64,000 bases of DNA. Origin: an uncultured Planctomycetota bacterium. Lineage in GTDB: Bacteria > Planctomycetota > Planctomycetia > Isosphaerales > Isosphaeraceae. Below the pieces are notes generated by a model. That model was not told the origin of the DNA and did no database searches. It saw only the letters and a list, made by a program, of their open reading frames with translations. Position 1 is the stretch's first letter; each line of letters opens with the position of its first letter. A program made the position numbers and the translations under genes. The stretch covers positions 256,001 to 320,000 of the forward strand of contig CAWJTV010000034.1 in assembly GCA_963845755.1 (NCBI GenBank), read 5' to 3'. Below, piece by piece: positions 11,091 to 22,928 of the stretch.

Positions 11091-12961
11091 TCAGGGACGC
11101 TGTGCACCCCGACGGTACTGGAACGGAACGCTCTCGACGACTGCGGCGATCAACGAGGCTCCACGATAATCGTTCGCTTCCAGCTCCGCCAGGATCCGCT
11201 TGACCGCCGGTGCATCGTAATACTCCACGCCCCTCCGCAACGCATAGCCCAGCATCCGCTCGACCAGGTTGCGGACGAACAGATCGCGCTTCGTTTCGAC
11301 CAGGATCGTCTTGAGCGCCACCGGACCGACGAACGACTCGCCGGTGGTCAGGTTGCCCGAGGCATCCACCGGCTTTTTCTGGATCTCATCGCGCCAGCGG
11401 CCCAGGACATCGAAGTTCTCCAGCCCGAACCCCAGCGGGTCGAGCCGCGAGTGGCACGTGGCGCACTCGGCCTTCTTGCGATGCATCTCCAGCCGCTGAC
11501 GGAAGGTCAGCCCATTACGGATTCGGTCGTCGGTGGGAAGCGACTTGATCATGGCCGGCGGCGGAGGTGGCGGCGTTCCCAGCAGTTCCTCCAGGACCCA
11601 CTTCCCGCGTAGGACCGGACTGGTGCGCCGGGGATACGAGGTCAACGTCAGGACGGCCGCCATGCCCAGCACGCCCCCGCGCCGGGGATCGTTCAGGTCG
11701 ACCCGGCGGAACTCGGAGCCGGTCACGCCAGCGATTCCGTAATGCTTCGCCAGGGGCTCGTTGAGATACGTGTAGTAACCATTGAGCAGCTCCACGACCG
11801 GCCGGTCCTCGCGGAGGATCCCATGGACGAACGAGACAGCCTCCTCGACCATCGCCTCCCGCAGCTCGGGCGTGTATTCGGGGAAGAGTCGCTTGTCGGG
11901 CTCGGCCAGGTCGGCGAGGCTGCCGACGCGGAGCCATTGCCCGGCGAAGTCCTCGGCCATCGCCCGCGACTTCGGGTCGGCGAGCATCCGCCGCACCTGG
12001 AGCTGGAGCACCTCGGGCTCGTGGAGCCGCCTGGAGTCGGCGAGTGCCGACAGCTCCCGGTCGGGCATCGACGACCAGAGGAAGTACGACAACCGGCTGG
12101 CGAGCTCGTGCTCGGAGACGCGGTACGGCCCCTCGACGTCGGTCCGGTCGCCCTCGAGCAGGAACAGGAAGCTTGGCGAGACCAGTACGGCACGCAACGC
12201 GAGCCGGACCGCGGTTTCGAAATCGTCACCGCGAGCCTCCGCGCGGCGGACGAGCCTCATCAATCGCTCGACTTCCTCGTTCCCGACCGGCCGCCGGAAG
12301 GCTCGGCGCGAATGCGTCGAGGCATCGGCGCGCGGCCTCGTCACGCGACAGACCCGGACCAGGCCGGTCCTCGAGGTAACGCGACGAATCGGCCAGCTTG
12401 AGCACGTCGGCCGCCGCGGCCAGGTATTTCTCCATGAGGATCGGCGGCACGAACAGGGTCAACGCGTTATTCTCGAACCCCGCGCCGCCGCCGCCGTCGG
12501 CGGGGAACGCGTCGGCTGGACGGGTGTCGAACGCCCAGTAGGTCGCGGATCGTGTTGTTGTACTGCCGGCGGGTCAGCCGCTGGATCAGGCCGGGGCCCG
12601 GATCCGGGACGCCCTCGGTCGCGTCCAGGACCGCCCGGATCGAGTCCGCCGCCCGCTGGCGATCGTCCACATTCGGACCGGCCCGATTGCCCGGCGGAGG
12701 CATCGTCCGCTCGATCAACGCATCGACGACCTTGAGCCACACCTCGGGATCACGGCGGAGCGACTCCTCGTCCTCGAACTTGCCCAGGTTGACGTCCCCT
12801 TTCGGCTTCCCACCACCGTGGCACCGCAGGCAGTGTTTCTGGAGCAGTGGCCGGACATTCCGCTCGAAGCCATCGCCACGGACTGGCGCAGCGGCTGCCA
12901 TGGCCAGGACAAACACGGCCAGGCCCAGCGTCCAGCGGACGATCGTGATCCATCGATTCAT
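11091..12961 (-). CDS. Planctomycete cytochrome c / DUF1587-1595-1592-1588-1585 (PSD/PSCyt) protein; several frameshifts
   Basis: Signal peptide, CLRCH heme motif, [64 protein letters not shown], spread over consecutive frames. Confidence 0.88.
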
Positions 12962-13171
12962 GGACGGTTCCGGTTTCGAAAGTTACCAGGGGCGGGAGCG
13001 CATCGTTGCGGGCAGGCCAGGAATCTCCATATTATCTAAGCGTCAATCGTCCATCCAGTGTCCCGTTCCCCGGTCGACGCCGATCCGTGACGACTGGGTG
13101 ACTTCGCGGCCAACAGCCTCGTGCTCGAGCGGGCACCGGAAGCGCCGGCCTCGAGCACACCGGGAGAGACC

Positions 13172-14816
13172 ATGCACTCTTCTGATGCCCTCTCGCGGCC
13201 GCAGTTCAAGATCATCGACTACATGATCTTCGCCGCCGTCCTGGCGGTTGCCCTTGCCATATTCCGTGAGGAACCGGAGACGCCCGTATCCATCTGGCTT
13301 ATTTTCGCATTCGCTTTTTTTCACGCCTTCATCACCAGGACGAACCCGCTCAGAAAGGTGCTCGCCCACCTCCCCGTGGATCTGGACCAGCGGATTGCGT
13401 CCCTGAAAGACGGGCTGACCCGGGGCAACTCGTTCGATCCGCCCGCGACCTTGAAGGCGCGTTATCTCTTGCTGGATCTCTACGAGGCTCGTCATCGTCA
13501 CGTGGAAGCCGTCATCGAAGGCCGAAGGATCCTGAAGTTCGCGGAGTACCGCTGGTCATCCGGAGCGACACGCACTTGAGGATCTCGAACTGTCTCGACT
13601 CGATGGGCCTGGGGGCCGAGTCCCATGCCGAGCGGCTGAAGGCCGAGACCTATCTGGCCCAACAACCCTGGGATGCCAATGGCCGGTTTGTCCGAGGAAA
13701 GTTGCTCGACAAGCAGCGGCGCTACGACGACGCGGCGGAGGCATACGAGCACGCCTTGGAGTGGAATCCTCGGGAGGACACGGTGACCCGGGATGCCATG
13801 TTGAGCAAGCTGATACTCGCCTTGTTCCAGGCGGGACGATCCGAGGACTCGCTGAAATGGGCGGAACGGGCGATCGCCGTGGGCGTCTCGTCGCCGCGCT
13901 TGTTCATCGCGCATCGCACGGCCGCTGCCGCGGCAGCGAGCCTGGGTCGAACTCGACGAGGCCCAGCGACATCAACAGCGTGCCCATGAGCTGGCGGTCC
14001 AGGCGGGAAATACCAAGAACGTCGTGGAGTGCCTGGCCTCCCTTGGCGACCTTCATTTCCGGCGGGGAGATCTCGACAAGGCCGAGGCCCTCTGCCAGGA
14101 AGCCGAGGCGCTTCAACCCGAGGAGTCGCGGCACGCCCTCTTGAACCATTCCCACATCCTCCGCGCGCGCGGCCGGTTCCTGGAGGCCAAGGAAAGGATC
14201 GAGCAGGCCAGCAAGGTGGGTGTGATCCACATCGCTTCTCTCGAGCGGCGTTCCCAGGCGACATTGCGATTGTGGAAGTCCATCAACGAGATTGACCTCG
14301 GCCGACTCGACGAGGCATCGGCCGACGTCGAGGTTGACCTCGGCCGACTCGACGAGGCATCGGCCGACCTCCAGCAGGCGACCGCCGAGCTGTCCACACA
14401 TCCCCAGTTTGGGCCGCTCTGCGAATCCGCCTGGGTCCGGGTCCTGGCCTTCGGAGGCGCACGCGAGGAAGCCGTCCGCCGGGCCGCCGCACTCCTCCGC
14501 GTCCTCAACACATCAACGGTGCGACCGTCCATCGAGTGCGGCGTGCCTCGCTCCGCTCGGTCGGGGCTTGCTCGAGGCCGGCGAAATCGAGCTGGCGCGA
14601 TACTGCTGGGAACGCTTCTTGTCGAGTACGCCTCCCCCCATCAACGCGCCGATCGGCCATTATTACCTCGGGGAGTGCCGATGGAGCCTCGGCGATCCTA
14701 TCGGTGCGCTCGAAGAATTCCGACATGCCTCGGCACCGGGGTTCGACTCATATCACGCCAGGCTCGCGGAACAAAGGGCCCGCGACCTCTTTCCCGATCG
14801 AGCGACTGGCTCTTGA
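13172..14816 (+). CDS. Membrane-anchored TPR protein, paralog 1; several frameshifts
   Basis: N-terminal hydrophobic PQFKIIDYMIFAAVLAVALAIF; TPR-like segments in ORFs 13576-13989, 14024-14905 and 14292-14816 are collinear with paralog 2 (RGDLDKAEALC, GHYYLGECRW). Confidence 0.72.
14288..14368 (+). repeat. 42-bp in-frame tandem duplication
   Basis: EIDLGRLDEASADV followed by EVDLGRLDEASADL; ttgacctcggccgactcgacgaggcatcggccgac occurs twice. Confidence 0.9.
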
Positions 14817-15043
14817 AACCGGATCGGGGAGCGGAGCGTGGTTCTGATTCCCGAGTTCGGCGACTCATCCTCGCTATGTCTCGGGATTCCAATCGGTTAG
14901 CATGAGACCTCGACGAAGAAGCGATGACCGGAACGCGTCGGTGCAGGTGAGAGCGCCAACGCGCGGGCCCGTCGGGCATTGACGGCATTCCGCCCAGATA
15001 CGTCGCGGTCGATCGGGGGTCGGAAACGTACCCAGCGAGGAGG

Positions 15044-16664
15044 ATGGGAGAGATCATGGACTTCTGGGATCGCATACAGCGTCCTCGCGTCAAGATCATC
15101 CACATCATGATCGTCACGGTGGTGCTGGCGATCGTCTTCGGTGCGCTTCGCTCCCGCCCGGCCGAGAGTGCCGTCGGTGTGACGTGTCTGTTCACGCTGA
15201 TATTCGTCTGGCTCCTGGTCCCGATTCTCCGTCCGGATGCCGTGAAGGGCCTGCTCGACGACCCTCCCGAGGATCCAGATGATTTGATGAGGTCCCTGGA
15301 GGAATGTCTCGCCACGAGCTCACCTCGCCCCGTGATGCTGACGGTCCGGGCGACATCGCCTCATGGGACTGTACAAGGTCCGGAAGCGCTATGAGGACGC
15401 CATCGAACAGGGCCGATCCATCCTCAGATTGATGTGCATGTCGGATTCCTTCGAGGCCGAGGTGCACCTGGAGATTGCGATCTGCTTCGACTTCCTCGGC
15501 CGCCCGGACGAGGCCGAGGCCGAGCGACAGGAGGCCGCGGAATGCCTCGAGTCCGGCCCCGAGGACTACTTCGGCTGGCTCGCCCGGGGCAAGCTTTTCG
15601 ACAAGCTCAATCGCTACGAGGAAGCCGCCACGGCCTACGAGCGGGCCCTGGAGCTGAGCCTTACAGACGATACAGCATCACGAGAGAATCTCTTGATTTG
15701 TATGGTCCATGCGACATTCGCCGCGGGGCGACCCGATGAGACGCTGAGATGGGCGGAAGCGGCGATCGCGCAATGCACCTCGGAAACGCGACTGTACAAC
15801 GCCCATCGAATGGCCGGGATCGCCGCCGCGAACCTCGGCCGATTGGAGGAAGCCGAGCAGTACCGGCTGCGCGCGTACAACATGGCCCTGGAGGGAGGAG
15901 ATGCGAAGAAGATTTCCGACAGCCTGGCTCTGCTTGCCCACCTCCATTGCTTGCGGGGCGACCTCGACAAGGCGGAAACCCTCTGCCTCAAGGCGGAGTC
16001 GCTCGGTCCCGACTCGACCCGCATGGTCCTCTTGACCTTCGCCGGTGTACTCCGCGCCCGGGGCCAGATCGCCGAGGCGCTCGAGGGGCTGGAGGAGGCC
16101 TGCCATTGCGGCGTGATGGCCAGTTCCTACTCCGAACGGCGAATGCAGGCCGCTTTCCGATTGTGGATGGCGATCTACAAGCTCGAGCTCGGCCGCCTTG
16201 CCGAAGCCTCTTCGGATCTCCGTGAAGCCGAGGACGAACTCCTCGCGGTTCCGAAGCTCGGCCGCGTCTGCGAGGCCGCACGAGTCCGTGTCCTGGCGCA
16301 CCAGGGTGCGCGCGATGAGGCGGTCCAGCGTGCCGAGTCGCTACTGGGTCGGCTGGACGAACGCGAGATCAATTCGTCCACGAGGCTGGAGTGTCTCGAC
16401 CTCCTGGGACGAGCCCTGTTCGAGATCGGGGACTACGAGCGAGCCGAGCGCTTCTGGTACCACTTCCTCTCGCGCACGTCTCCCCCCATCGCCGAGCCGA
16501 CCGGCCACTATTTCCTCGGCGAGTGCCGATGGAACCGCGGCGATCCGATCGGCGCACGCGACCATTTCCAGCTCGCGACCGCCCCGGGGATCGACTCGCT
16601 TCACGCCAGGCTCAGCGAGCAAAGGCTCCGCGACCTCGGTCTCGATCGAGATGGCCCGTCCTGA
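15044..16664 (+). CDS. Membrane-anchored TPR protein, paralog 2; frameshift near 15350
   Basis: PRVKIIHIMIVTVVLAIVFGAL N-terminus plus 433-aa TPR ORF (RYEEAATAYERALEL, RGDLDKAETLC, GHYFLGECRW). Confidence 0.78.
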
Positions 16665-16800
16665 AGAGACCTCACGGGAACGGCGACCCCGGCCGGCCGT
16701 TGGAGGAGATCCGGAGCCGAACCGTCGAACGTCGTCACCCGTCGAGCAAGCCGGCAGGATCGCGGATCTCTGTCGTTTCTTCCGCGACGTCCCTTCGCGA

Positions 16801-18663
16801 TTATTTCGCCGGGGCGGGGTCGAGCCGGACTTCGTCGATCCAGAAAGCGAACGGGCCGGTGTTGGTCCCGCCGCCGAAGAAGATGCCGAGGGTCTGCGTG
16901 CCATCGAGGCCGTCGAAGTCCTTCCACGCGAAGTGGAACGGCTTCCATTCCTTGCTGGGGATGAACGTCCTGATGACCGGCACGAAGCCCCGGGCCTGGC
17001 TGAAGACCATCACGGAGGCGGTCTGGCCGTCGCCGCGCGCCCAGAACGAGAGCCCGGCCTTGCCCGAGAGGTTCGCCGCGGTCATCGGCGCCGTGCCCGG
17101 CGAGAAGAACACGCCCGCCCAGCGCTGGGCGGATTTCCCGGTGATCGTGCCGTTGATCTTCATGGCGTGCTTCGACTCCCCGGCACCGCCGTCGACGACG
17201 TCCAACTGCGCCTTCGATTTCCCGCCGATCATGGCGTCGGTCGAGACCATCCAACCGGCGCCGAACTCGGTCTTGGTCGCCGCCTTTTCGCCTTCGAAGT
17301 CGCTGATCAGTCCGCCCTCCGAGCCCAAGGGGGGCGGGGCATTGCGCGCCTTGGCGACGGCCTCGTGCTTGCGACGGACCTCGGCGCGATAGGAATCGCG
17401 ATCGATCGGACGGCCCCGCTTCCAGATTCCGACGATCTTGCGGGTGGAGGCGATGTCGACGGTGGGATCATTGTCGACGAGCACGAGATCGGCGCGGAGG
17501 CCCGGGGCGATCCGGCCGCGGTCGGCCAGGTGGAAAGCATCGGCGGTCGTGGCCGTCGCGGCGGTGAGAGCCTCCACCGGTGTCAGCCCGGCGGCCACCA
17601 GCAGCGCCAGCTCGCGGTGAAGGCTCGCGCCGTGGGCCGTCCCGGGGTTACTGCAATCGGTACCGGCCAGGATCCGAACGCCCGCTGCCTTCAACGCCTT
17701 GACCGCCTCGCTGGGAATCCGGAGCACGTCCGAGGCTTGCGCCGCACCGGGGAAGCTTGATCGCAGCATCCGGACGTCATCCGGGGTCAGGTACGGAGAA
17801 AGCACGGGGTCATCCGCCAGGGCGGCGTTGCCAGCCCCTCGATTGACGCTGTCCAGTACGGTGAGCGTGGGGATGACGAAGATCTTGCGATCGGCCGCCA
17901 GGCGGACGAAGGCGGCGTCGATCGGCTGATCGTACCAGAGATGGACCAGCCCGTCGGCACCGGAGTCGACGGCCTTCCGGGCGAATTCGCGGGCCAGGAT
18001 GTGGACGACGGCCAACTTCTTGCGGGCCTTGGCCGCGCGGATGACGGCGGCCAGCGTCGCCTCGTCGATCGGTTTCCATGGCAAGTGGGCCTCCGAACCG
18101 TCGTCGTAAACGATCTTGATGTAGTCCGAGCCTTCGGCGACCCGCGCCGCGACGAACGCCTCGGCCTGGTCGGTGGACGCAATGGTCGGGATCGGGACCC
18201 CGTACTCGGTCCCGTGACCGCCGGGAGCCGTGATGAGCGTGCCGGCCGAATACAGGTCCGCGCGATCGGCCGCCTTCCCCGCGGCTTGTTCCGCGCGCCG
18301 CTCCGCGGCGAACGAGGCGCTGGTAAACATGTCCAGCTCGGTCGTCACGCCGAACATGACCGCCGCGCGGAGGTGGTCGGTGGTGAACGCATGGGTATGC
18401 GCGTCGATCAGGCCGGGGAGGAGCGTCTTGCCCCGACCGTCGATCACCGTCGCACCGTTGGGAATCCCCACCTCGGCGCCAACGGCCGCGATCGTCCCAT
18501 CCCGGACGATCACGTTGGCGACAGGGATCACCTTCGTCCCGTCGAATACCCGGACGTTCTGGAAAGCCACGGTGTCGCCCCGAACGGCTGAGGCGCCCGC
18601 CATCACACCGATCGCAGCGATCACTTGTGTGAAAAAGATCAATCGGTGAGACCGCGTCGCCAT
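16801..18663 (-). CDS. Secreted amidohydrolase with C-terminal CIA30/CBM11-like domain
   Basis: LLPGLIDAHTH metal motif, YIKIVYD, VVHI, LVHL, ILAGTD, RGRIAPGLRADLVLV; C-terminal ISDFE...WMVSTDAMIGGKS...GLSFWARGDG. Confidence 0.88.
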   Translation of the reverse strand: MATRSHRLIFFTQVIAAIGVMAGASAVRGDTVAFQNVRVFDGTKVIPVANVIVRDGTIAAVGAEVGIPNGATVIDGRGKTLLPGLIDAHTHAFTTDHLRAAVMFGVTTELDMFTSASFAAERRAEQAAGKAADRADLYSAGTLITAPGGHGTEYGVPIPTIASTDQAEAFVAARVAEGSDYIKIVYDDGSEAHLPWKPIDEATLAAVIRAAKARKKLAVVHILAREFARKAVDSGADGLVHLWYDQPIDAAFVRLAADRKIFVIPTLTVLDSVNRGAGNAALADDPVLSPYLTPDDVRMLRSSFPGAAQASDVLRIPSEAVKALKAAGVRILAGTDCSNPGTAHGASLHRELALLVAAGLTPVEALTAATATTADAFHLADRGRIAPGLRADLVLVDNDPTVDIASTRKIVGIWKRGRPIDRDSYRAEVRRKHEAVAKARNAPPPLGSEGGLISDFEGEKAATKTEFGAGWMVSTDAMIGGKSKAQLDVVDGGAGESKHAMKINGTITGKSAQRWAGVFFSPGTAPMTAANLSGKAGLSFWARGDGQTASVMVFSQARGFVPVIRTFIPSKEWKPFHFAWKDFDGLDGTQTLGIFFGGGTNTGPFAFWIDEVRLDPAPAK

Positions 18664-18784
18664 GTTTCTGACCTCTCAATGAAACAGGGAAATGGAATCG
18701 CCGGATCGCCCGAGCAACCGTATTGATCGCCACCGTCGAGGAGACCCAGGACGAGCTCGCCAGGCGGACCAGCTCGGGACTTGC

Positions 18785-18895
18785 GGGCCTGACGTCCCAG
18801 ATCCCGACGGCCTGCTCACCGGCAGTGTAGCGCATTTTGCCGTCCGGCGAGAAGGCCACGCCGGAGACGTCCTCACTTCCTGACAGTGCAAGCAC
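18785..18895 (-). pseudogene. Isolated WD40-repeat remnant
   Basis: LALSGSEDVSGVAFSPDGKMRYTAGEQAVGIWDVR is a single WD40 blade without a convincing gene around it. Confidence 0.5.
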
Positions 18896-19065
18896 CGCCC
18901 GGTTCGCGGATTTTTTCTTGATCGCCCCGTCGCAGCCCTGTAGCCTACGTTCTGTCGAAGGCACACCGACTTAGGGCATCCGATGTCTCGATCCAGGGCA
19001 ACCAGGAATCACGATTGACACCGAGTCCCCCTGGGTGAGACGAAACGTAGGAGTGAGGTGGAGCG

Positions 19066-20209
19066 ATGAGCGCGATGGCGACCATGCTCTGGCTCCCCTG
19101 GTTGCTGGCGCTCCCCGCGACGGATCTTGACGACCCGGCTCGCGAGGTCGATGAACTTCGCGGCCGAGTCCAGGTGCTGGTCCAGCCGTTGCTGGATAAG
19201 AAGCAGAGCGTTGGGGTGGCCGTCGGCGTGATCCAGGCGGGCCGGACACACGTCTTTGGCTTTGGCCGCGCGGCCCTCGACGCCGACAAGCCGCCCGATG
19301 GCAAGACGATCTTCGAGATCGGGTCGGTCACGAAGGTCTTCACGTCGCTGGCATTGGCCGAGATGGCGCGAGAGGGCCTCCTCCGCCTCGATGATCCCGT
19401 TCAACGCTACCTGCCCGAGGGAGTGAAGATCGCTTCGCGCCGGGCGAGAGGTCACCCTGGAGGACCTGGCGACCCATACTTCCGGCCTGCCTCGCATTCC
19501 GCCGAAAGTGCTGGTGCTCGCCCTGAAATCCGGCAATCCTTACGCCGACTTCAAGGAGAAGGATCTTTACGAGTTCCTCAAGATCTGGAAACCCACCCAG
19601 GACATCGGTTCGAAGTGGTCGTACTCGAACCTCGGCGCCGGCCTGCTGGGCCATGCCCTCTCACGACGCGCGGGCGTAGACTACGGCCAGTTGATTGCGA
19701 AGCGGATCACCGAACCGCTCGGCATGAAGGACACGAGTGTCAAGCTCAACGACGAGCAAGAACGGCGGCTGGCCAAGCCCTACGAGAAGGGCGGCAAGCC
19801 CGCCGCCCGCTGGACTTTCGACGTCTTGGCCGGCGCCGGCGCGATCCACTCGACGGCCGATGATCTGCTCGTGTTCCTCTCCGCCGAGCTGGGCCTCAAG
19901 GACTCGAAGCTCCGCACCGCGATGGCAGCCACTCAGGAGCCGCGCCGGGAGACCAGCATGGGAGGGATGCGGATCGGTCTCGCCTGGCTCGTGAAGAAGC
20001 TTCCCAAGGAGGACGGAGCGGTCGATCTCTACTGGCACAATGGAGGCACGGCCGGATACAGCAGCTTTCTCGGGTTCAACAAGGCGAAGAAGACCGCTGT
20101 GGTCGTCTTGAGCAACACCGGGCCGACCCTCGGGTCATTCGGTGCGCTCGATTCGGTCGGGGCGAACGTCCTCCGACTCCTGAACGCGAAGGAGAATCCG
20201 CCCAAGTGA
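19066..20209 (+). CDS. Serine hydrolase, beta-lactamase class C/AmpH family; frameshift near 19440
   Basis: FEIGSVTK (SxxK), YSN, YWHNGGTAGYSS motifs split between ORFs 19066 and 19508. Confidence 0.88.
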
Positions 20210-20330
20210 ACCGGCCCGGCACGAGTCGGGCGCGCTCGTCGGTCGGCCTCCGGGCTTCACGACTCGAGCCGCCGTGTTCCCCTATGGGAAAGTCGGAGTG
20301 TGCGCGCCTGAACTTTACGTCGCGAATCCC

Positions 20331-20395
20331 AGCCCGACGCACCAGCGAGTCATGGGATGATCCTCACCGGAATTCACTCGCTGACGCCTCGGGCT
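20331..20395. repeat. REP-like inverted repeat pair
   Basis: agcccgacgcaccagcgagt ... actcgctgacgcctcgggct, imperfect 20-bp arms. Confidence 0.7.
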
Positions 20396-20510
20396 CGCAT
20401 CCCATCGATGCTGTCGTCGCGAGTGCAAGCCATCCGTTGAGCGCTCTCGCCGTATTCTTCCAATTTTCTCGGGGAAAACTCGTGTTGCGTCGATCGGAAC
20501 TCGATAAGTT

Positions 20511-20544
20511 GGAGTCCCGGCTTCAGCCGGATTCTTCCGCCTAA
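20511..20544. repeat. Partial REP doublet (GGAG-type)
   Basis: ggagtcccggcttcagccgg palindrome followed by a truncated partner ccgcctaa. Confidence 0.5.
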
Positions 20545-20652
20545 CGCAGCCGAAGTCCGCGTCAGGCCGTGGATCGAAGCTCGACGGACCACTCGGAATT
20601 CGGCCTGCCACCGCCCGCCCCGACCCCATCGCCCTGCATTGAGGTAACAACC

Positions 20653-22047
20653 ATGGAAATCCGAATTCGTCCACTGCTCCTGATCTCGGCCATCTGCACC
20701 GTCGTGGCGCTCCCATGGAGCGCCACGGCGGCGGCACAGTCGGCCCCCGAGACAGTCGCTGATGGAGCCTTCAAGGTCGAGACGAACCTACGCGCGGGTG
20801 TTGCCAAGATCGACATCACGCCGCCGCCCGATACGAAAGTCGTCGGCCATGTGCGCGAGACCCACGGAGTCCGCGATCCGATCCGGGCCGCGATCCTGCT
20901 GCTGGACGACGGCCGGACGAAGGCCGCCATCGTCAGCTTCGATCTACTCGCCCCGTGGGACGATCTGGTCGCCGAGGTCCGGTCGGCGGTTTCGGGGGCT
21001 GCGGGCATCCCCAAGCCGCATATCCTGATCGCCTGTTCGCATAACCACTCCGGTCCGGCCTGGTCGAAGGAGACTCCGTACGGCAAGCGGGTCATCGAAC
21101 AAATCACGACTGCCGCAGCCGAGGCCGCACGATCGTTGCGCCCGGTGTCCATCGGTTACGGTGAGGGGTCGATCCAGTTCGGGATCAACCGCCGGAAAGT
21201 CATCGACGGCCGGGCGGTCGTTCGACTCAATCCCGAAGGGCCGAATGATCGCCGGGTGAAAGTGCTGAGGATCGACGATGGCCGCGGTTTGGCTCCGATG
21301 GCCGTCGTGATGCATGCCGTCTGCCACCCGTGTGTCTTCACCTGGGGCGACAAGTTCTCCGATCCCCACCCCAATGGCTTCCCCAAGATGAGTGCCGACT
21401 TTCCGGGTGAGGCCCAGCGGTTCGTCGAGATGGTCTACGGCCTTCCGACCCAGACACTCTTCCTCCAGGGTTGCGCCGGGAACATTCGTCCCAACCTGCC
21501 CGGCTTCCCGTATCGCTGCGGCGATGAGGCCGACATCCGCTGGATCGGTCGGGACCTGGGATGCGAGGTGGTCCGGGCGGCGGATCGCGCCGCGATCCGA
21601 GAAGAAATGGCCCGGCGACCCAAGGTTTATCCGATCAAGATCGCGTCGTCGGTCGTGGACCTGCCCGGCAAGGAGAAACCGGTCCGATGCGAGTTCCAGG
21701 CGCTACGGGTCGGCCCGTTCGTTTTCCTGGCACTCCCCGGCGAGCCGTTCGTCGAATATGGGTTCCAGATTGAGAAAGCCATCGCCGACCGCGCCGTACC
21801 GATCGTGGTGGGCTACGCCAACGGCGGCCCGTACTATGTCTGCACGGCCCAAGCCCACAAGGAGGGGGGTTACGAGCCGAACATGACGCCCCTGGCACCC
21901 GAGGCCGAGCCGCTCATCGTCAAAGAGATCCTGCTCCTGGCAGACCGAGTTATCGGCGACGTCTTCGAGTCGTTCGCCCCGCGGCTCCCGGTCGAGAACC
22001 CGTATTACACCCCGTCGATACCGGGCGGTCCGGCCGCAAAGAAATAG
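20653..22047 (+). CDS. Secreted neutral/alkaline ceramidase N-terminal-domain-like hydrolase
   Basis: Signal peptide, LRAGVAKIDITPP, GVRDPIRA, ACSHNHSGP, HAVCHP, SADFPG, FLQGCAGN, LPGEPFVEYG, VGYANG, GGYE. Confidence 0.82.
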   Translation: MEIRIRPLLLISAICTVVALPWSATAAAQSAPETVADGAFKVETNLRAGVAKIDITPPPDTKVVGHVRETHGVRDPIRAAILLLDDGRTKAAIVSFDLLAPWDDLVAEVRSAVSGAAGIPKPHILIACSHNHSGPAWSKETPYGKRVIEQITTAAAEAARSLRPVSIGYGEGSIQFGINRRKVIDGRAVVRLNPEGPNDRRVKVLRIDDGRGLAPMAVVMHAVCHPCVFTWGDKFSDPHPNGFPKMSADFPGEAQRFVEMVYGLPTQTLFLQGCAGNIRPNLPGFPYRCGDEADIRWIGRDLGCEVVRAADRAAIREEMARRPKVYPIKIASSVVDLPGKEKPVRCEFQALRVGPFVFLALPGEPFVEYGFQIEKAIADRAVPIVVGYANGGPYYVCTAQAHKEGGYEPNMTPLAPEAEPLIVKEILLLADRVIGDVFESFAPRLPVENPYYTPSIPGGPAAKK

Positions 22048-22244
22048 CCGGCTGTGTTAAGAAGGCGGACGGGCTCCGAGTCGTCGAGACGCCTGTCCGT
22101 TTTCTTGAAACGGTGCGGTCAATGGTGAGCGAAGAATCGATTCAGAATAACAAATGCAAAATAGAATAAAGATGTAAACTATTGCTGCATTGGAAGCCTC
22201 ATTGATCGAAACTCGAGTCTTCCATCCGATTCGATCACATTCTC

Positions 22245-22928
22245 TCAGAGGGTCCCGAAGCGTTCGTAGGCGGCGGTGGCCTTCATCCCGGCACGGATCG
22301 CATCCCGGACGCGGTTTTCTTCGTGGACCTTCTCCCACGCCCTGTGCAGGACGGCGGCCTCGATCGATTTCGGGATCACGACCACGCCGTCATCGTCGGC
22401 GACGACGAGGTCCCCGGGTGTGAAGAGGACCCCGCCGATCTCGACCGGCACGTCGAAGTCGATCACGCGCTGACGGTCCTTGCTGTCGTATGGGCTGGTG
22501 TGCCGGGCGAAGACGGGGAACCCCATCACCCGCATCTGACGGACGTCGCGCACGGCGCCGTCGACGATCGCGCCGACGCACCCGGAGTTCCGCGCGGCGG
22601 TCAACAACAGCTCTCCCCAGATCCCCGATCTTGCCGAGCCGCCCGCGGCCGCGATCAACACATCGCCCGGCAGGCAGGCGTCGACCGCGATCAACTCCAG
22701 CTCGTAGGGCCGAGGATCCGGGTGCCCCATGTCGGCCCAGAGCGTGGTACGGCATCGGCCGACGAGGACACCGCTGGCCGTCATCGGCCGTAAGGAGAGG
22801 CGCGGCGATTGGTGTCGGAACCCCTCGGCGTCGAGCCCGTCGCAGATCAAGGCGCTTCCGAGCCGCTCCCGGATCATCACGGCGGTGATTTCCGGCCTGT
22901 CAGATTCCGGCTCAACTCGCGTGTTCAT
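22245..22928 (-). CDS. RraA family protein / HMG-CHA aldolase-like
   Basis: ALICDGLD, GIWGELL, GAIVDGAVRD, FPVFAR, PGDLVVADDDGVVVIP. Confidence 0.88.
   Translation of the reverse strand: MNTRVEPESDRPEITAVMIRERLGSALICDGLDAEGFRHQSPRLSLRPMTASGVLVGRCRTTLWADMGHPDPRPYELELIAVDACLPGDVLIAAAGGSARSGIWGELLLTAARNSGCVGAIVDGAVRDVRQMRVMGFPVFARHTSPYDSKDRQRVIDFDVPVEIGGVLFTPGDLVVADDDGVVVIPKSIEAAVLHRAWEKVHEENRVRDAIRAGMKATAAYERFGTL

Noticed and set aside
19066..20209. Bona fide antibiotic-resistance beta-lactamase
   Set aside because: SxxK/YxN/HxG motifs are shared by many esterases and peptidases of this family, so substrate cannot be inferred.
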